Shown piece after piece: positions 1 through 10,478 of a stretch of DNA of 64,000 nucleotides. Source of the stretch: an uncultured Actinomycetes bacterium (lineage in GTDB: Bacteria > Actinomycetota > Acidimicrobiia > IMCC26256 > PALSA-610). The position numbers were made by a program, and so were the translations under genes. The stretch covers positions 3,506,579 to 3,570,578 of the forward strand of contig CAWIVQ010000003.1 of the NCBI GenBank assembly GCA_963839575.1, given 5' to 3'. Under the pieces are notes generated by a model. It saw only the letters and a program-made list of their open reading frames with translations, did no database searches and had not been told where the DNA came from. The stretch's first letter is position 1; each line of letters opens with the position of its first letter.

Positions 1-385
1 CAAGGAAGACCGTGCTGCCGCGCCGGCCGCTGACCTCCTCGTTGGCGAGCAGCGCCGCCGGCTCGATGTCGACGGCGCGCAGTGACGGCGGGAGCGGGAA
101 GTTGGGGAGATCGGCGATCGCGCCCGAAGGAGTGATCAGAACGGCCTGCATGTCCGAGGCCCGGAGCCCGAGGCGGAATTTCTGCGCGGGCCGGGCACTG
201 AAGTCGGTCGACTTGATGAACGCCGCGAGATCCGCCGACCGCGACCGCATGTCCGCGAGCGCGTGCTGTTGCAGCGAACGGCGGACGAGGCCGTAGGTGG
301 CGACGCCCGACAACACGAGAACCACGAACGCGACGCCCGTGAACGCCACGATCAGCCGCGTGCCGAGGGAGATGCGGGTGCGCGC
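1..385 (-). CDS. sensor histidine kinase, N-terminal part only (gene continues past the left window edge)
   Basis: Not in the ORF track because it has no stop inside the window. My reverse-strand translation reads RTRISLGTRLIVAFTGVAFVVLVLSGVATYGLVRRSLQQHALADMRSRSADLAAFIKSTDF...AALLANEEVSGRRGSTVFL: one TM helix, then a sensor-like segment. It lies directly downstream of the response-regulator stop (403-405). The start is unresolved: a TGA (386-388) sits immediately upstream in this frame, and the nearby GTG (387-389) is in another frame. Confidence 0.45.
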
Positions 386-402
386 TCACGGGGTCACCGC
401 GA

Positions 403-1077
403 TCACTTCGAGTCGAGCCGGTATCCAACGCCGCGCACCGTGTTGATCCGGACTGCATCGGCCAGCTTCTTTCGCACCTGCGCGATGTGCACGTCGACGG
501 TGCGAGCGTCTCCGTACCAGTCGTAGCCCCACACGCCGTCGAGGATCTGTTGGCGCGAGAGCGCGAGGCCGGGGCGTTCGGCGAGAAACTTCAAGAGGTC
601 GAATTCCTTGGCGGTGAACGCGACCGGGACGTCGTCGATGCGGACCTCTCGACGTCCGAGGTCGATGGTGACGCCGCCGACCTGGATGATCTGGGCGGAC
701 GCGGTCGCGCCTTCGGTCCGGCGCAGCACCGCCTTGACCCGGGCGACCAGTTCGGGCGGCGAGAACGGCTTGGTGACGTAGTCGTCGGCGCCGAGCTCGA
801 GGCCGAGAACGCGGTCGATCTCGGTGTCGCGAGCGGTGAGGAAGATCACGGGGATGGCGGAGGTCTGGCGGAGACGGCGGCAGACCTCGAGGCCGTCGAT
901 GTCGGGGAGGCCGACGTCGAGCACGACGAGGCGGGGCCGGTGGGTGGCGACCGCGGCGACGCCTTCCTCGCCCGTTGCCGCCTTCACGACCCGGTAGCCG
1001 TCGCGCCGAAGGTAGAGGTCGACGAGATCCGCAATGTTCGCCTCGTCGTCTACGACGAGAATCGTGCCGCGCTCCAT
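403..1077 (-). CDS. OmpR/PhoB-family response regulator (receiver plus winged-helix)
   Basis: 224-aa ORF. Receiver motifs MERGTILVVDDE, LVVLDVGLPDIDG and ADDYVTKPF. C-terminal winged helix LTAKEFDLLKFLAERPG...TVRGVGYRL. Confidence 0.9.
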   Translation of the reverse strand: MERGTILVVDDEANIADLVDLYLRRDGYRVVKAATGEEGVAAVATHRPRLVVLDVGLPDIDGLEVCRRLRQTSAIPVIFLTARDTEIDRVLGLELGADDYVTKPFSPPELVARVKAVLRRTEGATASAQIIQVGGVTIDLGRREVRIDDVPVAFTAKEFDLLKFLAERPGLALSRQQILDGVWGYDWYGDARTVDVHIAQVRKKLADAVRINTVRGVGYRLDSK

Positions 1078-1220
1078 AGGTTCTCCATCGTCGCATCCAG
1101 CGTCGGTGAAAAGTGTGAAGGGAGTGTGAGCCCCGGATCAGGGCTTCGACCGGCACTCCGGTATCGCCGCATTTCACCGTGGTGGCGACGATCACGGCAC
1201 GGCCCCGGCTGGCGTCGACC

Positions 1221-2397
1221 TCAGTCGAGGCGGTTCGCCCGGGCGACACCTCCGAGCCAGGCCGCCGAGGGCTTCGGCGTGCGGACGAACGAGTCCCTCG
1301 TGACCGAGACGAGTCCGAACCGGGGTCCGTAGCCCAGCGCCCACTCGAAGTTGTCGAGCAGCGACCAGTAGAAGTACCCGCGTACGTCGATCCCGTCCGC
1401 CAGGCACCGCCCGACTCCCTCGAGCGCGGCGCGCACGTAGTCGATGCGGCGGGTGTCGTCGTCGTGACCCAACCCGTTCTCGGTCACATAGAGCGGCGTC
1501 CGAGCAGTCTCGGCCGCGAACCGGATCGCCACCTCGAGCGCGTCGGGCCAGTACTCGTAGCCCATCGAAGGAACGATCTCGACGCCCGCTTCGGGTCCGA
1601 GGATGCCCGTCGTGTCGATACGCGGTCCGCGAGTACGCCTGCACGCCGACGAAGTCGTCGCCACGTGCGGCTTCGAGGAACTGCGCCTCGTGCGAGTGCC
1701 GGGCCCGCTCCAGCGTCTGCTCGGCACCGGGCGGGCTCCACCAGTCGCCCATCGCCACGCAGAGCCCGAGCGGGAAATCGCCGCGCCCCGCCTTGATCAC
1801 GTCGTACGCGCTGCGGTGCGCCCGGATGAGGTTGTCGTTCACCGTGACGTAGGCGCCGATGTCGTGTTCGCGGCCCGGCGGGAACGCACCGACGACGTAA
1901 CCCATGAGCGAGAGGATGTTCGGCTCGTTGATCGTGCAGCCGATCGAGATCAGGTCGCCGAGGTGGGCGACGGTCCGCTCGCAGTAGCGGCTGAAGCGGT
2001 CGACGATCTCGGGTGCCTCCCAGCCACCCAGCGCCGCGACCCAACGCGGGTTCGAGAAGTGGTGGAACGTCACGACGGGCTGCACGCCCTGTGCGTGACA
2101 CTCGGCGAGGACGCGCCGGTAGTAGTCGAGCGCGGCGATCGAGAACTCCCCGTCCTCGGGTTCGATCCGTGACCACTCAATGGAGAACCGGTACGCACCG
2201 AAGCCGTGGTCGCGCACGAGCGCGATGTCGTCGCCGTAGAGGTGGAAGCTGTTGGTGCAGTCGCCGGAGGGCTCGACGCAGGGCGTTCCCGCCGCATGCT
2301 CGAAGTCCCACCAGTCGTTGTTCCAGTTGCCGCCTTCGATCTGATGCGCGGCCGCCGCCACGCCCCACACGAACCCGTCGGGGAAAGTCACGCTCAT
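1221..2397 (-). pseudogene. GH1 beta-glucosidase, one frame break near 1620
   Basis: N-terminal and middle part in the frame of ORF 1192..3333 (MSVTFPDGFVWGVAAAAHQIEGG..., TFHHFSNPRW, CTINEP). C-terminal part in the frame of ORF 1221..1727 (YVTENGLGHDD, YFYWSLLDNFEWALGY). The junction reads ...VGVQAYSRT / RIDTTGILGPEAG and needs a 1-nt shift around 1618-1626. Confidence 0.85.
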
Positions 2398-2424
2398 GGG
2401 GCCGGAGCGTAGACTGCGGGCCGC

Positions 2425-3234
2425 TTGACCATCCTCGACGACATCCTCGCGACCAAGCGCGACGAGGTCACGGTGCTGCGCTATCCGCAGACGCGCGACC
2501 TGCTCCGCAAGACCGCGCTCGACGCCCCGCCCACCCGTGACTTCGCCGGCGCCCTCCGCCGGGCCGACGGCCGGGTCGCGGTGATCGGCGAGTTGAAGCG
2601 CCGGTCGCCGTCGAAGGGCGACCTCGCGCCCGACCTCGATCCGGGCCCCACCGCGAAGGCATACGAAGCCGGTGGCGCCGTCGCGCTCTCGGTCCTCACC
2701 GACCAGCCGTATTTCGGAGGGATGGTCGCCGATCTCCAGGCCGCCCGCGACGCGACCACGCTGCCGTGTCTGCGCAAGGACTTCACGATCGACGAGGTGC
2801 AGGTCTACGAAGCGCGCGCGATCGGCGCCGACGCGATTCTTCTCATCGTCGCCGCGCTTCCCGACGACGCGCATCTCCGCGACCTGCACGCGCTCGCGTG
2901 CGACCTCGGCCTCGGCGTGCTCGTCGAGGCGCACGACGGCCACGAGGTCGAGCGAGCCCTCGCCGCGGGCGCGCACGTCGTCGGCGTCAACAACCGCGAC
3001 CTTGCGACCTTCGCCGAAGACCTCGGCGTCGCGACGAGCCTCTCGGCGCTCCTGGCCCCGGAGGTCATCGCGGTCGCGGAGTCGGCGATCCGCACTCCGG
3101 CCGACGCCCGGCGCGTCGCCGCGGCCGGCTTCGACGCGATTCTCGTCGGTGAGGCACTCGTACGTTCCGACGATCCCACCGCGCTCGTACGCGAGCTCGC
3201 GACGGCACCCGTGTCCCGAAGGAGTCAGATATGA
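2425..3234 (+). CDS. trpC: indole-3-glycerol-phosphate synthase
   Basis: 269-aa ORF with TTG start. [56 protein letters not shown]. First gene of the trp block. Confidence 0.9.
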   Translation: MTILDDILATKRDEVTVLRYPQTRDLLRKTALDAPPTRDFAGALRRADGRVAVIGELKRRSPSKGDLAPDLDPGPTAKAYEAGGAVALSVLTDQPYFGGMVADLQAARDATTLPCLRKDFTIDEVQVYEARAIGADAILLIVAALPDDAHLRDLHALACDLGLGVLVEAHDGHEVERALAAGAHVVGVNNRDLATFAEDLGVATSLSALLAPEVIAVAESAIRTPADARRVAAAGFDAILVGEALVRSDDPTALVRELATAPVSRRSQI

Positions 3235-4499
3235 CCGCAACTGCACCGACCCGCTTCGTGCTCCCGCAGGATCGCATCCCGTCGGCGTGGTACAACGCGC
3301 TGCCCGACCTTCCGGCGCCGTTGCAGCCGCCATTGCATCCCGGTACGAAGGAGCCGGCCGGGCCCGCCGACCTCGCTCCGCTCTTCCCGATGGCGCTCAT
3401 CGAGCAGGAGATGACGCAGGCCGCGACCGTCGAGATCCCCGGCGAGGTCATCGACATCCTGCGGCTGTGGCGGCCGACGCCGCTGATGCGCGCCCGCCGG
3501 CTCGAGGCCGCGCTCGGCACTCCGGCGCGCATCTACTACAAGGACGAGTCGGTCTCGCCATCCGGTTCGCACAAGACGAACACCGCGGTCGCGCAGGCGT
3601 TCTACAACCGTGAGGACGGCACGAAGCGCATCGCGACCGAGACGGGCGCCGGGCAGTGGGGGAGCGCGCTCGCGTTCGCGTGCGCGCAGTTCGACATCGA
3701 GTGCAAGGTCTACATGGTGCGCGCCTCGTACGAGCAAAAGCCGTACCGGCGGGTGCTGATGGAGACCTGGGGCGCGAGCGTGGTGCCGTCACCCGTCGAC
3801 GAGCCCGGTAGCCCCGGTTCGCTCGGCTCGGCGATCAGCGACGCGGTACGCGACGCGGCGGGCCGCGCCGACTCGCACTACGCGCTCGGCTCGGTGTTGA
3901 ACCATGTGCTGTTGCACCAGACGATCATCGGGCTCGAGGCCAAGGAGCAGCTGCAGCTCGCGGGCGAGGACCGGCCCGACGTGGTGATCGGCTCGTGTGG
4001 CGGCGGATCGAACCTCGGCGGCATCGCCCTGCCCTTCATGACCGACGAGAAGGTCCGGCTGCTCGCGGTCGAACCCACGTCGTGCCCGACGCTCACCAGT
4101 GGCAAGTTCGAGTACGACTTCGGCGACACCGCGGGCATGACGCCGCTCCTGCCCATGTACACGCTCGGTCACGCGTTCGTACCTCCCTCGATCCACGCCG
4201 GCGGCCTGCGCTATCACGGCGATTCGCCGGTGATCTCACTGCTCGTGCGGGAGGGGCGCATGGAAGCGGTCGCGTACCCGCAGGGCAAGACCTTCGAGGC
4301 TGCGGTGCAGTTCGCCTGCACCGAGGGCAAGATTCCCGCGCCGGAGACCGGCCACGCGATCCGCGCCGCGATCGACGAGGCGCTGGCGGCAAAAGAGACC
4401 GGTGAGGAACGGGTGATCCTCTTCAACTACTCCGGTCACGGATTCCTCGACCTCCAGGCGTACGACGACTTCAATCACGGCCGTTTGATCGAAGGCTGA
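3231..4499 (+). CDS. trpB2: tryptophan synthase beta-like protein, long TrpB2-type paralogue
   Basis: 422 aa, overlaps the trpC stop by 4 nt. PLP-lysine motif [41 protein letters not shown]-terminal extension and overall length fit the TrpB2 class rather than TrpB1. Confidence 0.75.
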   Translation: MTATAPTRFVLPQDRIPSAWYNALPDLPAPLQPPLHPGTKEPAGPADLAPLFPMALIEQEMTQAATVEIPGEVIDILRLWRPTPLMRARRLEAALGTPARIYYKDESVSPSGSHKTNTAVAQAFYNREDGTKRIATETGAGQWGSALAFACAQFDIECKVYMVRASYEQKPYRRVLMETWGASVVPSPVDEPGSPGSLGSAISDAVRDAAGRADSHYALGSVLNHVLLHQTIIGLEAKEQLQLAGEDRPDVVIGSCGGGSNLGGIALPFMTDEKVRLLAVEPTSCPTLTSGKFEYDFGDTAGMTPLLPMYTLGHAFVPPSIHAGGLRYHGDSPVISLLVREGRMEAVAYPQGKTFEAAVQFACTEGKIPAPETGHAIRAAIDEALAAKETGEERVILFNYSGHGFLDLQAYDDFNHGRLIEG

Positions 4500-4512
4500 C
4501 CGGGTTGTTCCG

Positions 4513-5217
4513 ATGTTCGTAAAGATCTGCGGGATCACCAACGAGGACGACGCGCTGCTCGCCACCGCGCTCGACGCAGATGCGGTCGGGTTCGTTTTCG
4601 CGCCGAGTCCGCGTCAGGTCGACGTCGAGACCGTGCGTGACATCGTGCGCCGCTTGCCGCGTGAGGTCCACACCATCGGCGTGTTCCGCGACGAGCGTCC
4701 CGAGCGGATCATCGAGATCGCCGGCCGCGCCGGGTTGCGCGGCGTGCAGTTGCACGGAAACGAGCCCGCGTCGGAGGTCACCTGGATCCGGGAGCGGGTG
4801 CAGTTCGTGATCCAAGCGTTCGCCGCGGGCGACCCGGCGCTCGCCGGCGCCGCCAAGAGCGCGGCCGACATCATCCTCGTCGATTCCCCGCATCCCGGAT
4901 CGGGCAAGGTCTTCGACTGGCGACTCGCCGAGGGCGCGCCGCGCGGCAAGCGCATTTTGCTGGCCGGCGGGCTCACCCCCGAAAACGTCGGTGACGCGAT
5001 CAGGCTCGTGCGGCCCTGGGGGGTCGACGTCGCGAGTGGTGTGGAACAGCGGCCGGGGCGCAAGGACCCGGGCCGACTCCGGCGCTTCGTCGTCGCGGCG
5101 CGCGAGGCCGCGGCGGACATCGCCGACGGTGCCGGTCCGGGCGGCGCCGACGCGATCGACCTGCGAGTCGACGAGGTCGCCGGCGTTACCCGGCCCTGGG
5201 ACTGGCAGGTCGATTAG
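4513..5217 (+). CDS. trpF: phosphoribosylanthranilate isomerase
   Basis: MFVKICGITNEDDALLATALDADAVGFVFAPSPRQV..., GVQLHGNE, LLAGGLTPENV, WGVDVASGVE. 234 aa with a short extra C-terminal tail. Confidence 0.85.
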   Translation: MFVKICGITNEDDALLATALDADAVGFVFAPSPRQVDVETVRDIVRRLPREVHTIGVFRDERPERIIEIAGRAGLRGVQLHGNEPASEVTWIRERVQFVIQAFAAGDPALAGAAKSAADIILVDSPHPGSGKVFDWRLAEGAPRGKRILLAGGLTPENVGDAIRLVRPWGVDVASGVEQRPGRKDPGRLRRFVVAAREAAADIADGAGPGGADAIDLRVDEVAGVTRPWDWQVD

Positions 5218-5262
5218 GAAAGCCCGACCGCGCCCGCAGATCGGCGCCGTACAATCCGCCGG

Positions 5263-6498
5263 ATGTCTGTTCCTCAGCGGGGCGCGCCCGTGCACCTCGA
5301 ATCGCCGGGTCCCGAGCCCGTCGGGCTCGGTCGGTTCGGCGAATTCGGGGGGCGGTACGCCCCCGAGACGCTGGTACCCGCACTCGTGCAGCTGGAGGCG
5401 GAGTTCCGCGACGCCTGGTCGGACGACGACTTTCGCTCCGAGTACGCGTCGCTCCTGTCGAGCTACGCGGGCCGGCCGACCCCGGTGACCGAATGCCGCC
5501 GCCTCTCCGACCGCCTCGGCGTACGCGTGCTGTTGAAGCGCGAAGACCTGACCCACACGGGATCGCACAAGATCAACAATGTGCTCGGGCAGGCATTGCT
5601 CGCCCGCCGAATGGGCAAGCACCGCGTGATCGCGGAGACGGGCGCGGGCCAGCACGGGGTTGCGACCGCCACCGCGGCCGCGTTGTTCGGGCTGGGCTGC
5701 ATCGTCTACATGGGTGCGGTCGACGTCGAACGCCAGGCCCTCAACGTGTGGCGCATGAAGCTCCTCGGCGCCGAGGTCGTGCCGGTGCAGTCGGGGAGCG
5801 CGACCTTGAAGGACGCGGTCAACGAGGCCATGCGGGCATGGGTCGCGAGCGTCGAGACCACGCACTACTGCCTCGGGTCGGCGATGGGTCCGCACCCGTT
5901 CCCGTGGATGGTGCGCGAGTTCCAGCGGGTCGTCGGTGACGAGGCGTACCGGCAGTGCCGGGAGATCCTCGGCGATACCGACCCCGATCTCGTGGTCGCG
6001 TGCGTCGGCGGCGGATCGAACGCGATCGGCACGTTCGCGGGATTCCTCGACACGAAGGCGCGCCTGGTGGGCGTCGAGGCCGGGGGCCAAGGCCTCGAAT
6101 CCGGCCACCACGGCGCGGCCGTCGCCCGCGGTGTTCCCGGTGTGGTGCACGGAATGCGATCACTGTTCCTGCAAGACGAGTACGGCCAGATCCGTGAGGC
6201 GTCGTCGATCAGTGCCGGGCTCGACTATCCCGGCGTCGGCCCGGAGCACGCGATGCTCGCAGCGTCCGGTCGCGCCGAGTACTACGCGGCCACCGACGAC
6301 GAAGCGCTCGCCGGATTCCAGCTCCTCTCGGCGACCGAGGGCATCGTTCCCGCGCTCGAACCCGCGCACGCGATCGCGTGGGTCGCGCGCGAAGCCGGCC
6401 ACGCGATTCCCCTCGGGTCGACAGTGCTGATCACGCTGTCGGGACGCGGCGACAAGGACGCGGCCCAGGTCGCGGAGATGTTGGGCGAGCTCGAATGA
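5263..6498 (+). CDS. trpB: tryptophan synthase beta chain (TrpB1 type)
   Basis: 411 aa. [67 protein letters not shown]. Confidence 0.95.
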   Translation: MSVPQRGAPVHLESPGPEPVGLGRFGEFGGRYAPETLVPALVQLEAEFRDAWSDDDFRSEYASLLSSYAGRPTPVTECRRLSDRLGVRVLLKREDLTHTGSHKINNVLGQALLARRMGKHRVIAETGAGQHGVATATAAALFGLGCIVYMGAVDVERQALNVWRMKLLGAEVVPVQSGSATLKDAVNEAMRAWVASVETTHYCLGSAMGPHPFPWMVREFQRVVGDEAYRQCREILGDTDPDLVVACVGGGSNAIGTFAGFLDTKARLVGVEAGGQGLESGHHGAAVARGVPGVVHGMRSLFLQDEYGQIREASSISAGLDYPGVGPEHAMLAASGRAEYYAATDDEALAGFQLLSATEGIVPALEPAHAIAWVAREAGHAIPLGSTVLITLSGRGDKDAAQVAEMLGELE

Positions 6499-7265
6499 AC
6501 CTCGAGTCGCACCTGCGCGCCCGCCGCGCCGAAGGCGCCAAGTTGCTCGTGCCCTACGTGACCGGCGGCCTCGGCCGCGAGTGGCACGAGGTCGTGCGCG
6601 CGGTCGTCGACGCGGGCGCGGACGCGGTCGAGGTCGGCATACCGTTCTCGGACCCGATCATGGACGGTCGCACCATCCAAGAAGCCAGCCAGCGCGCGCT
6701 CGATCTCGGAGCGACGCCGATCGGCGTGATGGACGCGATGGCGACGATCGACGTTCCCGCGCCCTTGGTCGTGATGACCTACTACAACCTCGTGGCGCGC
6801 ATGGGTCACGAGCGCTGCGCCCAGCATCTGCGCCAATGCGGCGTCGACGGCGCGATCGTCCCCGACCTCCCGCTCGACGAGCTGAACGGTTGGGGGGATG
6901 CCGCCGACGCGGCCGGGGTCGAGACCGTCTTGCTCGCCGCGCCCACGACTCCCGACGAGCGGCTCGACCAGATCTGTGCACGCTCGCACGGTTTCGTCTA
7001 CGGCGTCTCGCTGATGGGCGTGACCGGCGAGCGCAACGAGCTGGCCGCCCACGCCGGGGAGATGGGCCGGCGCTGCAAGGCGGCGACCGACAAGCCGGTC
7101 CTGCTCGGGGTCGGGATCTCCACCCCGGCACAAGCCGCCCAGGCGGCGGCGAGCGCCGACGGCGTGATCGTGGGCAGCGCGCTCGTGCGCCGCCTCCTCG
7201 ACGGTGGGGGGCCGGAAGAGGCCGCGACCTTCGTCCGCTCACTCCGCGTGGCGCTCGACTCCTGA
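6495..7265 (+). CDS. trpA: tryptophan synthase alpha chain
   Basis: ATG at 6495 overlaps the trpB TGA (ATGA). [44 protein letters not shown]. In frame with ORF 6378..7265. Confidence 0.9.
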   Translation: MNLESHLRARRAEGAKLLVPYVTGGLGREWHEVVRAVVDAGADAVEVGIPFSDPIMDGRTIQEASQRALDLGATPIGVMDAMATIDVPAPLVVMTYYNLVARMGHERCAQHLRQCGVDGAIVPDLPLDELNGWGDAADAAGVETVLLAAPTTPDERLDQICARSHGFVYGVSLMGVTGERNELAAHAGEMGRRCKAATDKPVLLGVGISTPAQAAQAAASADGVIVGSALVRRLLDGGGPEEAATFVRSLRVALDS

Positions 7266-7390
7266 GGGGGCGGTGAAGACCGCTCTCCGCGGTGAAACTG
7301 CTGGTCGGGGTGTGACATACGTCCTACAGCGATTCCCGACCACCGTCGATATCACCCTCCTAGGGACGGCGCTCGACCCAGGGAGGGACG

Positions 7391-8215
7391 ATGGAAAAGG
7401 GCTCGATGATCGGGCTCGGCCTGTGCGTGGCCGGCGTCTTCATTAGCGCGACCCTCCACGGGATCAACATCGCCTTCTTGTTCATGGAATTCGGCTCGAT
7501 CATCATCGTGGTGTTCGGTCACCTCGGCGCGACGATCGCGTCGTACCCCTGGGAAGCCACCCAGAACGTCGGCAAGTACGTCGGCAAGGCGATGAAGGGC
7601 AAAGAGGCGCACTCGGCGAGCGAGACGATCGCGCAGATCGTCGTCCTCACCAACCGGGCACGCGCCGAGGGTCTCCTCGCGCTGGAGGAGGAAGCCAAGG
7701 GCATCGAAGACCCCTTCTTCCGCAAGGGCATCGAGCTCGCCGTCGACGGTACCGACCCCGACGCGTTGAAGAAGACGCTCAACTCCGAGATCAGCGCAAT
7801 GAAGGAACGGCACAAGATCGGCATGGGGTGGTTCACCTCGGCGGGCATCTTCGCCCCCACCTTCGGCATCATCGGCGCGGTCTTCGGGCTCATGGCGACC
7901 ATGGCCCAGCTGAACCAGCCGGCGAAGGTCGGCGAAGGTATTGCCGGCGCGTTCGTCGCGACGTTCTGGGGAGTGTTCCTCGCGAACGGCGTATGGCTGC
8001 CGTGGGCGAACAAGCTCAAGCAACTCTCGCTGACCGAGGTCGCGCACAAGCAGCTGATCGTCGAGGGGATCATGGCGATCCAAGCCGGCGTGTCGCCCCG
8101 GGTCGTCGAGGAGCTCTTGAAGTCGCACATCCCGCCGTCGGAGCGTGACAAGCCGGTTCCGGGCGCGGCATCCGACAGCGGAGGCGGCGGCGCTCAGGCC
8201 GCGGCCGCCGCATAG
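7391..8215 (+). CDS. motA: MotA/PomA-type stator proton-channel protein
   Basis: 274 aa. Two N-terminal TM helices, a cytoplasmic loop (GLLALEEEAKGIEDPFFRKGIELAVDG) and C-terminal helices FAPTFGIIGAVFGLM...GIAGAFVATFWGVFLANGVWLPWANKL, typical of MotA/TolQ/ExbB. GGGAGGGA Shine-Dalgarno before the ATG. Confidence 0.8.
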   Translation: MEKGSMIGLGLCVAGVFISATLHGINIAFLFMEFGSIIIVVFGHLGATIASYPWEATQNVGKYVGKAMKGKEAHSASETIAQIVVLTNRARAEGLLALEEEAKGIEDPFFRKGIELAVDGTDPDALKKTLNSEISAMKERHKIGMGWFTSAGIFAPTFGIIGAVFGLMATMAQLNQPAKVGEGIAGAFVATFWGVFLANGVWLPWANKLKQLSLTEVAHKQLIVEGIMAIQAGVSPRVVEELLKSHIPPSERDKPVPGAASDSGGGGAQAAAAA

Positions 8216-8227
8216 CGGGAGCGTCCC

Positions 8228-9202
8228 ATGTCGCACGGAGGCGACGACGAGATCCCCGAGGAACACGAAGAGCACGTGAACCACGAGGCGTGGGTCATCC
8301 CGTACGCCGACCTGCTCACCCTCCTCATGGCGATGTTCATCGCGTTGTTCGCGATGTCGACCGTCGACGTCACGAAGTTCAAGGCCTTCGCGGTCGGCTT
8401 CAACGAGGCCCTCGGCGGCGGCAAGCTCGATTCGGGCATCGGCGGCACCGCGAACGCGACCTCGACACAGATCGGCTCCGGCAGCGGGAACGGCCCGCTC
8501 AGCGGCGGCTCGCTCATCCCGCAGGACGCCACGGCCAACGGGAACCAGCTGCAGCAGATCCTCGCCGGCATCGCGAGCAGCAAGGCCCAAGCCGCGGCGC
8601 AGCGCCAGACCCTCGACGAGGTCCAAAAGGAGATCAACCAGGCTGCGAACCAGCTCGGCCTGGGCGGCAAGGTCCGCACCAAGGAGTTGAACAACGGCCT
8701 GCAGGTCACGCTGCTCACCGACCAGGTGCTCTTCCGCAGTGGCGAGGCGAAGCTCCAACCCCAGGGTCTGCAGCTGCTCGAGGTGATCGGTGCGGTGTTG
8801 AAGTCGATCGACAACACGATCGACGTCAACGGCTTCACCGACAACGTGCCCATCGGTCCGGGCGGGCAGTTCCCGTCCAACCTCTATCTGTCGTCGTTCC
8901 GGGCCGACGCGGTCGCCGACTACTTCGCGTCACTCGGGATCGATCGGTCGCGCCTGTTCCCGGCCGGTCGTGGTGATCAGGATTTCGTCGCCACGAACGC
9001 GACCGCGGCGGGCCGAGCGCAGAACCGGCGCGTCGAGATCGTCGTCGAGTCCAAGCTCGTGAAACAGACGCTCTCCCAGGCCGGTCTGAACGACCAGCCG
9101 GTCACGCCGAACACACTTCCGATCGCTCCGATCGGCGGGAAATCGGCCGACGGCTCCACGGTTGCGACGCCGAATATCCAACCGAATCTCGCGGGCAACT
9201 AA
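8228..9202 (+). CDS. motB: MotB-type stator protein with OmpA-like peptidoglycan-binding domain
   Basis: 324 aa. N-terminal [23 protein letters not shown] (conserved Asp in the single TM). Long G/S/Q-rich linker. OmpA-like C-terminus [10 protein letters not shown]...GFTDNVP...[13 protein letters not shown]...NRRVEIVV. Confidence 0.8.
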   Translation: MSHGGDDEIPEEHEEHVNHEAWVIPYADLLTLLMAMFIALFAMSTVDVTKFKAFAVGFNEALGGGKLDSGIGGTANATSTQIGSGSGNGPLSGGSLIPQDATANGNQLQQILAGIASSKAQAAAQRQTLDEVQKEINQAANQLGLGGKVRTKELNNGLQVTLLTDQVLFRSGEAKLQPQGLQLLEVIGAVLKSIDNTIDVNGFTDNVPIGPGGQFPSNLYLSSFRADAVADYFASLGIDRSRLFPAGRGDQDFVATNATAAGRAQNRRVEIVVESKLVKQTLSQAGLNDQPVTPNTLPIAPIGGKSADGSTVATPNIQPNLAGN

Positions 9203-9212
9203 CGTCGGACCC

Positions 9213-10409
9213 ATGCCCGACAAGATCACGATGAATGCCGACGGCGCGCTGTCGGTCTCGGACGAGCCCATCATCCCCTTCGTCGAGGGCGACGGGACCG
9301 GCGTCGACATCTGGCCGGCCGCGCAGCTGGTGATGGACGCGGCCGCGGCCAAGTACGCCAAGAAGATCTCGTGGAAGGAAGTGCTGGCCGGCGAGAAGGC
9401 GTTCAAGGCGACCGGCTCGTGGCTGCCCGACGAGACCGTCGACACGTTCCGTGAGTACCTGATCGGCATCAAGGGTCCGTTGACCACACCGATCGGCGGC
9501 GGCATCCGTTCGCTCAACGTGGCACTGCGCCAACTGCTCGACCTCTACGTGTGCCTGCGACCGGTGCGGTGGTTCGAGGGAGTCCCGTCGCCGGTCAAGC
9601 GCCCCGAAGCGGTCGACATGGTGATCTTCCGGGAGAACACCGAGGACATCTACGCGGGGCTCGAGGTCGAAGAGGGGACGCCCGAAGCGCACGAGCTCAT
9701 CGCCGTGTTGAAAGCGAAGTTCGGGTGGGACATCCGCACCGACTCGGGCGTCGGCATCAAGCCCATCTCGATGACCGGTTCGAAGCGGCTGATCCGCGCC
9801 GCGATCAAGTACGCGGTCGAGAACGATCGCAAGAGCGTCACACTCGTGCACAAGGGCAACATCCAGAAGTTCACCGAAGGCGCGTTCATGAAATGGGGTT
9901 ACGACCTTGTCCGCGAAGAGTTCTCCGACGTCGCGGTCGGCTGGGACGACTGCAACGGCAAGCCCGGCGACAAGGTTCTCGTCAAGGACAGCATCGCCGA
10001 CATCACGTTGCAGCAGGTGCTCACGCGCCCCGAGGACTTCGACGTCATCGCGACGACGAACCTGAACGGTGACTACCTGTCGGACGCGCTCGCGGCCCAG
10101 GTCGGCGGCATCGGCATCGCGCCGGGCGGCAACATCAACTACGTGACCGGCCACGGGATCTTCGAGGCAACGCACGGCACGGCGCCGAAGTACGCGGGCC
10201 AGGACAAGGTCAACCCGAGCTCGGTGCTCCTGTCGGGCGTGATGATGTTCGATCACCTCGGCTGGACCGACGCGGCCCGCGACATCGAGCGCGCCATCGA
10301 GGCCACGATTGCCGACAAGGTCGTGACCTACGACTTCGCGCGCCTCATGGAGGGCGCGACCGAGGTCAAGACCAGCGAGTTCGCACAGGCCATCGTCGAT
10401 CGGCTCTGA
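9213..10409 (+). CDS. icd: NADP-dependent isocitrate dehydrogenase (homodimeric type)
   Basis: [102 protein letters not shown] at 9213 chosen inside ORF 9162..10409. Confidence 0.93.
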   Translation: MPDKITMNADGALSVSDEPIIPFVEGDGTGVDIWPAAQLVMDAAAAKYAKKISWKEVLAGEKAFKATGSWLPDETVDTFREYLIGIKGPLTTPIGGGIRSLNVALRQLLDLYVCLRPVRWFEGVPSPVKRPEAVDMVIFRENTEDIYAGLEVEEGTPEAHELIAVLKAKFGWDIRTDSGVGIKPISMTGSKRLIRAAIKYAVENDRKSVTLVHKGNIQKFTEGAFMKWGYDLVREEFSDVAVGWDDCNGKPGDKVLVKDSIADITLQQVLTRPEDFDVIATTNLNGDYLSDALAAQVGGIGIAPGGNINYVTGHGIFEATHGTAPKYAGQDKVNPSSVLLSGVMMFDHLGWTDAARDIERAIEATIADKVVTYDFARLMEGATEVKTSEFAQAIVDRL

Positions 10410-10478
10410 TCCGGGCCCGGGCTCGGGCCCGGGGCCGGGGTCACGGCGTCGGCCGGGCGGCGGCCGTAACGTGCACGG

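Noticed and set aside
1192-3333. 713-aa ORF covering the beta-glucosidase and running antisense through trpC.
   Set aside because: The upstream 312 aa are antisense junk opposite trpC. The GH1 gene starts at MSVTFPDG (2397) and then needs a frame change.
7391-9202. motA/motB as the ZorA/ZorB core of a Zorya anti-phage system.
   Set aside because: The MotA homologue is ordinary stator size (274 aa) and lacks the long C-terminal tail of ZorA. No ZorC, ZorD or ZorE-like genes follow; the next gene is icd.
10410-10478. GC-only near-palindrome (ccgggcccgggc...gcccggggccgg) after icd as a terminator.
   Set aside because: Imperfect, with no U-tract, and made purely of G and C. It cannot be distinguished from chance in this composition.
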